64,000 nucleotides of DNA, taken from the NCBI GenBank assembly GCA_019057475.1, contig DXJO01000041.1:64001-128000 (forward strand), in the 5' to 3' direction. This stretch comes from Candidatus Thorarchaeota archaeon. GTDB lineage: Archaea; Asgardarchaeota; Thorarchaeia; Thorarchaeales; Thorarchaeaceae. The translations under genes and the position numbers were made by a program. The first letter of the stretch is position 1, and the number at the start of each line of letters is the position of its first letter. Of this stretch, positions 1 to 8,960 are shown piece by piece. A model generated the notes under the pieces. That model worked only from the letters and a program-made list of their open reading frames with translations. It was not told where the DNA came from and did not search any database.

Positions 1-113
1 CCTATCACGTCAGGCACAAGAAGTGCGCAGCCTGCGGCTATGGCGCCTCAGCCAGACTCCGGAAGTTCGCCTGGGCTCACAAGAACATTCAGGGCACTCG
101 TATTCGGGGTTAA
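1..113 (+). CDS. rpl37e: 50S ribosomal protein L37e, 3' part (5' end outside window)
   Basis: Frame from nt 3 reads YHVRHKKCAACGYGASARLRKFAW...*, the L37e zinc-ribbon C-terminal half. Confidence 0.9.
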   Translation, partial: YHVRHKKCAACGYGASARLRKFAWAHKNIQGTRIRG

Positions 114-160
114 AACCAGAGTCGGTAGGTCAGCGCCATCACATGCCATGTTTTCTTTTC

Positions 161-529
161 CTACTCTATTTCGTCTATGAGGAAGTCACCGAGTGACACC
201 ACGCCTCTCGCGAAATAGGGGATAAAGACACGGAAACGCCGGCCCATAATGGCCAGGACTAGGACCTGTCCAGCTTCGTATCTCTGTTCACCGTAGAACT
301 GACCGTCCTCATCTGTCAGGACAGTTTCACTTGTAAGCTCGTCGGTGGCGAATATTCGAACCTCGACTCCAGCGGCTGGGGTGTAGTTGGACCAGTACAC
401 GAAACCTTCGACATGGGCATTGTAGCCACTGTAGCCACCGATGAGCAGAGCTGGAGCCGGTGAATACTCGCTGTACATGACTGGAGCGTAGAACAATGGG
501 CTCACTGTTATGACGATGGCCAGCAGCAT
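161..529 (-). CDS. Secreted/membrane-anchored protein with carboxypeptidase-regulatory-like beta domain
   Basis: Hydrophobic N-terminus; V.G.V......PAAGVEV and TDEDGQF motifs; true start may be slightly upstream. Confidence 0.55.
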   Translation of the reverse strand: MLLAIVITVSPLFYAPVMYSEYSPAPALLIGGYSGYNAHVEGFVYWSNYTPAAGVEVRIFATDELTSETVLTDEDGQFYGEQRYEAGQVLVLAIMGRRFRVFIPYFARGVVSLGDFLIDEIE

Positions 530-573
530 CAGGAGGAATACAAGCCCGCGACTAGGCAGTCTAGCCCTCCTGA

Positions 574-861
574 CTACTCGTTTTTTTGGAGGCTGGCATG
601 GAGGGGGTAAAGGCGGTCGACCATCTTGTCGATTATGGCAGTAGATATGACAATGCCAATACCTATAGTAATAGTGCCGATAGTGGAAACGCTAACCCAC
701 TCGACACCAAGCCAGATGATGATGTCCGTGATAAGCGAGCCAATTCCCCACCAAATGATGATGAGGCCCGCCAGCATTACAAGTCGGAGGGCCAACTTCA
801 CACGCCAGTATTCCGGGGTGTATGTGACTTCTTCACCCATCGATGTTACCTCAGGAATCAC
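574..861 (-). CDS. Small two-TM membrane protein
   Basis: Two hydrophobic segments, co-oriented with 161..529. Confidence 0.55.
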   Translation of the reverse strand: MIPEVTSMGEEVTYTPEYWRVKLALRLVMLAGLIIIWWGIGSLITDIIIWLGVEWVSVSTIGTITIGIGIVISTAIIDKMVDRLYPLHASLQKNE

Positions 862-1035
862 CTATGTTGTGCCGTGGTTTCTGACGAAAAAAGCCCGTCG
901 TGGTTGTTAGGGCGATGTAAGCATATAAGTATGAAGAGATACTCGGATTCGTACTAGAACTACTTCCGGCCATCCACTAGGACAAGTGGGACAACTTGCA
1001 GGTGATTGACAAAATCACAAGTCACTCCACAATTC

Positions 1036-1041
1036 TTTTAA
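1036..1041 (+). promoter_or_regulatory. TATA box of tRNA-Ala
   Basis: TTTTAA 38 nt upstream of the tRNA; similar boxes lie 33 nt upstream of tRNA-Phe, -Val and -Gly(GCC). Confidence 0.55.
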
Positions 1042-1073
1042 CCGTTCTCTTGGGATTTGCGAACTAACAACAT

Positions 1074-1181
1074 GGGCCGGTAGTTCAGCCTGGACGCGAC
1101 TTCACTCGCGAAGCCGCGGGGACCTAGAATGCCTCCTTGGCATGGAGGAGGTCGTGAGTTCAAATCTCACCCGGTCCACCA
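1074..1181 (+). tRNA. tRNA-Ala(GGC) with ~30-nt D-loop intron (~1095-1124)
   Basis: Acceptor GGGCCGG/CCGGTCC with G3:U70; anticodon arm CCTCC-TTGGCAT-GGAGG; T arm GTGAG-TTCAAAT-CTCAC; encoded CCA; extra hairpin cgcg..cttc/gaag..cgcg in the D loop. Confidence 0.93.
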
Positions 1182-1187
1182 TTTCTT

Positions 1188-3896
1188 CTATTCCAATGAC
1201 CCCTCTTTCTGAAGTTGCCTTCTTACTCTCTCTACGTCATCAGGTCTTTCCGCTAGCCAACTCTTAACCTTGTCAGATTTCTTCGGGTCGTTGGGTGGAG
1301 CAAGTAATGCCCATCTAATTGCATCATCCTTGGACTTGGTCTTTGCCACCCATTTCAGTGAGATTCTACCAGTTCCTTCATACAATGTAATATTCTCTGC
1401 ATAGATATGTATCTCAATGCCCAATTGCTTTGCCAAAGTCGCTTCATCATCTAACAACTTGCTTCGTTTGGTTTCTACGATTGATAATGCAGTTCGAGCA
1501 ACTTCCGATTCGGATTGCTCCTCAATTCTTGAAATCGGTATGAAGATATGCCCTCTCACCTTATCCCTTCTTACATTTTCCATACCACTCAAAAAATCAA
1601 TCTCTTTCTGCATGAATCCGGGTTCCAGTTTATATTTCACATCGTTACTTCCAGAATTGAGTACAATAGTCCGACTCCATCTGAAACCGGCATAGTGTCC
1701 GAATGATCCGTCCTCTGAAATCAAGTCTTCCAAATATGCTCTACTGGATTCGAGAGTTCCATTCCTCACAGATTCTACAAGCCGTTCATTTTGAATGGGC
1801 TTATCACCAACTGTAAATCCCCAGTAAATGAAAGCCTTGCCCACTGGTCGTGGGAGCAACATTTTGGAACATTCACTCGCTTCATTTGGCACCTGGGTAA
1901 ATGATATGTTTCCGAAGCATTGAAACTGCTTCTCTACTATTCTTATTCTATCAGCATTAGCCTCAGTGTATTGTAGCTGACCATCTGCTCCAAGCCAACA
2001 ATCGCTATTGACAACTGCACCTAACCGAGCTCGCAGAATCTCCAGTTCTTTTCCTCTGAGAAGTTTTGGATGAGGAATTCCACCGCGCCCGTTCTTCCCT
2101 GTGACCTTCTCAATCCCATCCTCAAAATCCCGTGGCGAAGCTCCCAAAATGTTGCATTGTAGATGCAAGACCTCTCCCATTGCACGTGATTGACCGCTCT
2201 TTATCCTAATCTGACTCGCGGAATCATCTGACACCATCTGCCGAATCAGTTTATTGAGATGTTGTAGTCTGGAGTAACTACCCTCATCTAGTTTGAGTCT
2301 ATCTCCAACTCTTTCTACTATGCTCGCAAGGTCTTGGCTTTTGAAGTGGAAGTAATGGTCAGCCCATACATTGATGAGATCATCGGATGTCTTGTTTGGA
2401 GTCCAGACGTAAATTCTGTTGTCCACCACACCCAACCGAATGTTTCGGTCAGATTCACTCAACCCTAGACGGTCCTGCAAAGCCGCTTCAACCTCTGTGT
2501 GGTTGGCTTCTAGAGCTTCTTTGAAGTGCGTCAATCTATCCTTGTTCAATCCCCCGGAGTTGAGTTCCAGATATGACACCTTGACCTTGGTGTCGATTGA
2601 CTCTCTATGCAGTTCCTCAGCAACATCAGTTAGTGTCTTGAGGGAATCTGATTCATTGTCACATCTCGATAGAGCTTCAAGTAGTTTGGTTAATCTAATT
2701 TCATGAACAGTTCTACTTGATAACCCCGGAAATTCTACATGTCCAATATCTCTCACAACCGCTCGCCTTTCTCTCTGTAGGTAGTCATTCAACCTTTCAT
2801 GCGCCCATTCTTTCACGATACGGTCTTCTTCGAGCCTTCGAAGAGTAGCGACGGATTCCGGTTCCTTCCCCGACCTATAATCACTGATCCGTTGTTGAAT
2901 CACTTCATGAGTCTTAGCCAGCTGTTGCTGCGTCTTTGACTTGCTATCCTTGACATCCAAATAGACACCAGCTCGCCTATAGGACTCCTGGGAATTTTTC
3001 CATCCTCGTAGATGCGGATATGTTTCCAGCAATCTGTCAATGTCGGTCATTGTTTCTATTCTGACTTCTGGGGAATGACCAACATCTCTTTCATATGCAA
3101 GATGCAACTCCTTCTTCTCAATGAATGATAGAAGCTTTGGAGTATGTCTTCGACTGCTTTCGTCTGATTCAAAATACTGTCTTATCCTGCTATACTCCTT
3201 CTCGAAGTTCTCCCTATAGCGAAATTCTGGGTATCTCTTGAGCGCTCGGTCAAAATCGTCTATTGAACGAATTACCCTGACTTGTCCGACATCTTTCTCT
3301 CTCTTGGTCATCTTGGATTCAGGTCGTCCCGTTCTCAGCCTGTGATGTTGCTGTTCCTTTGAATCCTTCCGAGTTTCCGACGCCTTTTTGTCTTCCTTGG
3401 CGTCTGTACCTGAAGACCGAAACCGCTTTTCCTGTGCGGACTCAACGCTAGAGGCTGACTCTCGCTTGGTTTTCTTGGTCGGTTTGCTTTGCTCCTCTCG
3501 TTCTTGGGAATCCTTGGTTTTTTCTTCCGAGCTATCAGCACTCCTGCGAGCAACTGAGAATCTGAAGGCTTCAGCAATGGTTCTTAGCAAGTCCCTCCCC
3601 GAGTCCTTCACTTCGGAAGTAGAAAACCGGCTTGGACGTTTTCTATTTCCGTTGGGAAACATATGCTTCCACTCACGTTCAACCCACTCATCGAACTTCT
3701 TCCTGTCGACCAAGCACGCATCTGACACGACAGGCTTGTGGTCTTTGGGAAGGTCACCGTGAAGGTGCTCCTTCTCTCTCTTCTTCAGTTTCTGTTTTCT
3801 TTGGAACTCCTGAGCAGCTTCTGTCAGTTTAGATGCTAGCTCCCTCCTAAGCCGCGCCTTGGTCTTTGATTCAATCCCTTTGAATCGGGATCCCAC
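1188..3896 (-). CDS. 902-aa protein: charged N-terminus, internal repeat, HTH, C-terminal tandem LAGLIDADG-like domain
   Basis: LGAVVNSDCWL and YLEDLISEDGSF resemble two LAGLIDADG helices; TQQQLAKTHEVIQQRISDY is HTH-like; repeat I.S/T..D.DR.L..YP..R...N. Confidence 0.65.
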   Translation of the reverse strand: MGSRFKGIESKTKARLRRELASKLTEAAQEFQRKQKLKKREKEHLHGDLPKDHKPVVSDACLVDRKKFDEWVEREWKHMFPNGNRKRPSRFSTSEVKDSGRDLLRTIAEAFRFSVARRSADSSEEKTKDSQEREEQSKPTKKTKRESASSVESAQEKRFRSSGTDAKEDKKASETRKDSKEQQHHRLRTGRPESKMTKREKDVGQVRVIRSIDDFDRALKRYPEFRYRENFEKEYSRIRQYFESDESSRRHTPKLLSFIEKKELHLAYERDVGHSPEVRIETMTDIDRLLETYPHLRGWKNSQESYRRAGVYLDVKDSKSKTQQQLAKTHEVIQQRISDYRSGKEPESVATLRRLEEDRIVKEWAHERLNDYLQRERRAVVRDIGHVEFPGLSSRTVHEIRLTKLLEALSRCDNESDSLKTLTDVAEELHRESIDTKVKVSYLELNSGGLNKDRLTHFKEALEANHTEVEAALQDRLGLSESDRNIRLGVVDNRIYVWTPNKTSDDLINVWADHYFHFKSQDLASIVERVGDRLKLDEGSYSRLQHLNKLIRQMVSDDSASQIRIKSGQSRAMGEVLHLQCNILGASPRDFEDGIEKVTGKNGRGGIPHPKLLRGKELEILRARLGAVVNSDCWLGADGQLQYTEANADRIRIVEKQFQCFGNISFTQVPNEASECSKMLLPRPVGKAFIYWGFTVGDKPIQNERLVESVRNGTLESSRAYLEDLISEDGSFGHYAGFRWSRTIVLNSGSNDVKYKLEPGFMQKEIDFLSGMENVRRDKVRGHIFIPISRIEEQSESEVARTALSIVETKRSKLLDDEATLAKQLGIEIHIYAENITLYEGTGRISLKWVAKTKSKDDAIRWALLAPPNDPKKSDKVKSWLAERPDDVERVRRQLQKEGSLE

Positions 3897-6455
3897 TCAA
3901 ACCCCTCCGCTCTCGGGCAGAGTCAAGCCCGATTGCAAGTTATCACCCACTAGCTTGGCCACCAAGTCACGGTCCGGCGGATTGGAGGGTGCTCCAAGGA
4001 TCTCAACTGAACGTTTCAGGAGAACCCAAGCGAACTCAATCGGGCTCAGGTTGGGAACCTGAAGGCTGGCCGCGTAGAATGCAATCACCTCTTCGACTCG
4101 GTGTGCTGTATCGTCCTGGCCCTTGACGCCTATTGATGCGAGGTACAGTCTGCGAAAATCATCATCCTGAACCACATCTTCAACCAGAAGTGCTAGTTGG
4201 ACTATGTCATCGCCGTTGGTTCTAGGCTCAAGTTGCGGCGCTCTTGGTGTTGCTGCAAAATCTGGATGTGTATCATAGAAGGGCTTCATTCTTCTTCTCA
4301 CATCATCATCTGTCCAATTGTGTTTCATGTCCGGATGAAACTCAGGGTCATAGAACACCTTTACCTTGGTCGGAACATCGTCAGAAGGCAAACGTAGAAC
4401 AATTTCCCCATTCTTCAGAACGCCTATGTGCCTTGCCTGCTCCGGCGTACAGCCTGTTTCCAGACCAAGCAAGTTCCAATCCTCTGGACTCGTTAAACGA
4501 TGTACAATCTTCGTATTGCAGGTCTTGAGAGCATCACGCGATAGACGCGCGGGGTTCTGGTCAGCTATCACAAGCCCGAGTCCAGAACTTCTAGCTTCTG
4601 CAAGCAGGTTCAGCAGCTGGTCCAGAACTTGTCTTCTTGAAACTGCGCCCTCGCTCATGTCGGCAATTCTGGGCAGTTCCTCAAGGAAACTATGCGCCTC
4701 ATCAATCACAAGCAGATTGCGGAGCTTTTTCGCCGGACCAAGCTTGTCAAAGAATTCGTAAACACGGATGATAAGAAGACTAAGCATAAGGGCCTTGAAG
4801 CTAGGGTCACCAATGTGCTTCAGCTCAATGATAGTTGGCTTTGAGAGCAGCTCATCGATTGGTAAGTTCCTTTCAGCGTTGAGAATTGCCGCACGCGATT
4901 GGTCACAGAGATCCTGAGCTCTTGCTACAATAGCGCCTTCGAAGTCTTTCTTGAGTTCCGCACCATATCTGAGATTTCGTGAGTAGGTTTCTGCTTCCTC
5001 TAAAAACATGTCCAGCGTGATGGGTTTTCCTGGACTGTTGTTGAGCAAATCCCATCCATTATGCTTGTACGTCCGATTTATCACCTTGCGTAAATGATTG
5101 GCGAGAATACCGTAAAGTGGCCATGCAGCCAAGAAACATGAATAGAGCAAGTCAATGTGAAGTTGAACTGGCACATTCACGTCAATCAGGAACGGATTAT
5201 GGCGGTAGGGAGCCACATCCTCCCGGCCCACCGTGAAGACGCGCATCTCAGGAATGGCACCCATGAGAATGCGTGCATCGGTTTTCACCGGCTCAATCAA
5301 CAGACTAGGAATTCCGTTCCTCCATGCGTCGATGACAATCCTGTTCTTTGTAGTGCTCTTTCCTGACCCTGACATTCCTACGATGGCCGTGTGGAGTCTA
5401 AGTTGCTCCATCTCAATGAGTTTCGTTCGTGACTTGTCAACAGTGTTGTGTCGGAATACATGACCGAGAGCGATACGACCAGTTTGGAATTCTAGGATCT
5501 CTGATGTCGATTGTGTTGCTTTGGCGCCAGATGTTGAAAATGATGCTGGGCTGCCTACTCTTGTCCCAACTTCGACACTGGGGACCTCAACCAATGAAAC
5601 CGCTTCTTCCGGCAGCAGTTCAGTTGTCATCCTCCTCCTTTCTAGCATGAGCGTCTTTCGAATCACGTTTCGGGCAATCTTACCTGAGAGAAACCTAACC
5701 TTCATCCTGGCGTTTCTGTGGCTGGATGAGAGTGCTGCAAGCAATGCATTCACAGCAGTTCTCAGCTTCTCTTCCGAATCCGGTCGATCCCAGAATGCCA
5801 ATGTGATTTGACATTTCAGAACGCGATTCGAGATTGACCTCCCATAGTTTCTCTCAAGATGTTTGAGGTTCATCTTGGCGTTTACATCAGCTTGTGTCGC
5901 AGTTTCTTGACCCCCCAGCCAAGTCTGAGTCGTTTTTTGCCTTTGGAGGCCCTCCAAAGCAGACCTGTAGCGCTTCTTTGCAAGAATTCGCCTAGCCCTA
6001 CTTGGCCTCGCAGGAACCATCCAGACTTGGTATAATGAATTACCTTCGAAGTTGACCATAATCTCTGTCATTGCCTGCAATGCTTGGACAGCCGGCTGGG
6101 GAACTCCGGTCAATAACGCAGCATTTGCTTGTCCAGCCACCAAAGGGCACCCAACTTCGGATAAGGACTGAACCACGAACTCAGGGAAGTGCGCTGCAAA
6201 GCTCTCCTTGATGACCTCCATATTCGACCTACTACCTCTTGTAACGTAGAGCAATCGAGCATTCCCTCCTGACCCTTGAATCCTGAATCCAGTTGGGACA
6301 TCCGTGTGTGAAAGAGAACTTAGGAATCTCTCAAGCTTGACATGCGTCGGACTGGAAGCCTTTTTCTCAAGATGCTTCATGGCATGCTCGAAGTAGGACC
6401 TAGGAATCTCAGTAATCTCGATTGCATACACTTGGTTCCTGTGGTTCTTTTCCAA
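3897..6455 (-). CDS. HerA/FtsK/VirB4-like P-loop ATPase
   Basis: Walker A GMSGSGKST, Walker B LLVIDEAH, EARSSGLGLVIADQNP and NTKIVHRL motifs; its TGA directly abuts the GTG of the next gene. Confidence 0.85.
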   Translation of the reverse strand: MEKNHRNQVYAIEITEIPRSYFEHAMKHLEKKASSPTHVKLERFLSSLSHTDVPTGFRIQGSGGNARLLYVTRGSRSNMEVIKESFAAHFPEFVVQSLSEVGCPLVAGQANAALLTGVPQPAVQALQAMTEIMVNFEGNSLYQVWMVPARPSRARRILAKKRYRSALEGLQRQKTTQTWLGGQETATQADVNAKMNLKHLERNYGRSISNRVLKCQITLAFWDRPDSEEKLRTAVNALLAALSSSHRNARMKVRFLSGKIARNVIRKTLMLERRRMTTELLPEEAVSLVEVPSVEVGTRVGSPASFSTSGAKATQSTSEILEFQTGRIALGHVFRHNTVDKSRTKLIEMEQLRLHTAIVGMSGSGKSTTKNRIVIDAWRNGIPSLLIEPVKTDARILMGAIPEMRVFTVGREDVAPYRHNPFLIDVNVPVQLHIDLLYSCFLAAWPLYGILANHLRKVINRTYKHNGWDLLNNSPGKPITLDMFLEEAETYSRNLRYGAELKKDFEGAIVARAQDLCDQSRAAILNAERNLPIDELLSKPTIIELKHIGDPSFKALMLSLLIIRVYEFFDKLGPAKKLRNLLVIDEAHSFLEELPRIADMSEGAVSRRQVLDQLLNLLAEARSSGLGLVIADQNPARLSRDALKTCNTKIVHRLTSPEDWNLLGLETGCTPEQARHIGVLKNGEIVLRLPSDDVPTKVKVFYDPEFHPDMKHNWTDDDVRRRMKPFYDTHPDFAATPRAPQLEPRTNGDDIVQLALLVEDVVQDDDFRRLYLASIGVKGQDDTAHRVEEVIAFYAASLQVPNLSPIEFAWVLLKRSVEILGAPSNPPDRDLVAKLVGDNLQSGLTLPESGGV

Positions 6456-6704
6456 GATGGTCTACCGTAGGTTGGTCTGGAGCTGGCCTAAAGAACACCA
6501 CAAAAGGTGACTTGAACGTGCAGGCACGAGAGATGTTCTGGCCTATCCGTGAGTAGTATCAATCCTGCTCATAAGCCCCTGAAAGGGACATCTACCAGTC
6601 TGAGTTATTTACGAGTCGAACCTGACGAGTTCCTCTAGTTCGCCCAGACCATCGAACTCGGAATGAGTTATATCAACCTACAATAGAAATGGAAGGGAGT
6701 AAAA

Positions 6705-7280
6705 ATGGAAGATATCCAATGGGTAGTCAAGCATAGGGATGAGATAAACAACTGGTACTCCGACCTTGGCGTATTTGGGGATGACGCACTCTATGAAGAT
6801 GGAGATAGTAAAGCCTACTATGAAAGCTATGTTGTCAATTATGTAGCAGCGAATGCAGAGAAATTCACAGGAAAGCCGCCCAATCATATCTGGCATGAGT
6901 TGGATGTGCACGATTTCAGATTGAAAGAAATTGAAACAGATCCTAATGTAAAACCCTGGTGGAAGGGTCGTGTTAAACCAGATTTGTTATTGCAGTTTGA
7001 CGATGCGATTTGGGTGATCGAGGTCAAATTCGGTTTCAAAAGCCCTAATCTCGAAGCAGTCCCGACGATGAAGGGTCCGAAGTCCTGCATCGATCAAGTC
7101 AGTATCTACGTAAAGAGGCTTGAAAATATGATGACTCTGGGATGGTTTCCAAACATGGAGATTCATCCGGTTGTAGTCTGGGCTTTTTGGGAAAAACGAG
7201 TACGCCCGTCCGAGATGTACATGGACGCAATCCGGTCAGAGTGGCCCTATTTGCGAGAAGACCCGTATCCGAAACCATAG
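6705..7280 (+). CDS. PD-(D/E)XK nuclease (RecB-like)
   Basis: KPDLLL...IWVIEVK followed by Q...Y (DQVSIY). Confidence 0.7.
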   Translation: MEDIQWVVKHRDEINNWYSDLGVFGDDALYEDGDSKAYYESYVVNYVAANAEKFTGKPPNHIWHELDVHDFRLKEIETDPNVKPWWKGRVKPDLLLQFDDAIWVIEVKFGFKSPNLEAVPTMKGPKSCIDQVSIYVKRLENMMTLGWFPNMEIHPVVVWAFWEKRVRPSEMYMDAIRSEWPYLREDPYPKP

Positions 7281-7470
7281 AAGGAGGCCACTTGCCCCTA
7301 TGACTGCGGGAATCGAAGTCATAACAGGGTTGATCTACCGGCCCATGTTGTTGGTTCGCAATTCTTGATGGAACGGCTAAAAGAATTGTGAAGTGAAGCG
7401 AGGACCTTGGTCATCGAAACTTAAGGAATCTATCTTTGATGGTTTTAGCTGCTCAATTATGCCTTGGCTT

Positions 7471-8899
7471 CTAGTTGATTTGCTTCTCAATGTGATTTAG
7501 GAATTTAATCAGATTGTTGAGATTCTTTCTGATGTCTAGCAATGAATCCCTATCTGTGAAACTTCCCAAGTGATGAACATCAACGTTGAAATCATTCTTC
7601 AGTTTCTCCAAATCAGCCTTTAGCTTGTCTGTTTTCTTTCTATTTGTAGTGGGAGAAAATTTGATAATCTCGTCAGGGAATGCTATCCAGAAATTGGTAA
7701 GAAGCTCACTAAAGGACTTCGATCTATATTCACCTCGTCGGTCTTTGTATAGGTAAAGGCCGGAATCGTTCTTCCCGAACTTTCGCTGCAGTATCGATAT
7801 CACAAGATTCTCTAGAAGTTTCCGTGATAGAAAAGCCGTGCAGACATAGCATCCAGCACTAAAGGCATTGTTAATCTCCTCTACGAGGTCGTACATCAAT
7901 CCTCCAAAGTCAAGAGGGTTGATATAGAAGAATGTCTGTTTTCGGGATACTGACTCCTTTTCATAAGTGGATTCTTGCACTAATGTGTCAACAAACTTAA
8001 TGTTCCCGAGAAAACGCTGAACCCATTTTGGCATTGGCCTGAAAGATGCATATTTAGCTGATGCCTGTAGCATCACATCGTTATCGATTGAAAGAAGTTG
8101 AAAGTTATCGCAATGAAATAAGGGAGTGATGTCTATCTCCTGAAGCTGGTTATGATTCAGTTTCAATTCTCTCATGAGTTTGCAATTCGCTAAAGGCGAC
8201 AGGTCTATCTTCCGAAGTCGATTGGATGAGAAATCTAGCTTCTCGAGTGAGTGTAATCCTGAAAGCGGTTCGAGTTCAATCGATTCCAACTTATTTGCTG
8301 AACATGATAACGTTCTCAATGTTTTGATATGCCTTAATGGAACAAGGTCAATTATCTTAAGGGAATTGCGTCCAATATTTAGATTCATCAATCTCCTAAG
8401 CTTCGAGAGAGGCTCTAAGTTGACTGTTTCTAATTGATTATTATAGAAATAAAGTGATTCTAGATGAGGTATGTTTCCAAGTGAGTTGAAATCTAAATCA
8501 GTCAGCATATTCTGAATCATATTTATGGTTTTCAGATTAGGATGACCTGCAAGTCCGGATAGATCAATTGCAGTGAGCTTATTCTCAGTGAGATCAAGCG
8601 ATTCAAGCCGATCACATCCATTCAATGAATCCAACTTTGCATCCTTGATTCGATTAAATGAGATATTGAGATGTTCTAACCGTTTGCATTGTTCTATGCC
8701 GTGAAGATAGAGATATTCTAAATAATTGCCACCGAGGTCTATGCTTTTTTAAAAAGCGGAAATTCGAGAAATGATTAAATTCGATTGCTGTGATTTTCAT
8801 CCCCCTTAGAGATATGTATTCCGCACTCTCATCAAACTCTTTAGATTCCTGTTCACCTGAGCTTGTCCGGAAATATACTTTCCACCTAATTACGATCAC
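7471..8899 (-). pseudogene. Leucine-rich repeat protein with C-terminal DUF4145/HEPN-like domain, split by a 1-nt frameshift near 8745-8755
   Basis: ~22-aa LRRs (L..L.L..N.L..IDL.PL); upstream ORF 8654..8899 joins in frame if one A is removed from TTTTTAAAAAA; C-terminal EINNAF..GCY....LSRKLLE. Confidence 0.75.
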
Positions 8900-8960
8900 T
8901 CCCTATGTTCCCGTAGAATACACTCTATCAACCCTAGTTGTAACTCAGAGGTCATTTTTA

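Noticed and set aside
6626-6660. Additional tRNA 3'-end copies at ~6626-6651 and ~7328-7345
   Set aside because: Too degenerate to distinguish from chance; the first is better explained as a CGAGTTC/GAACTCG hairpin
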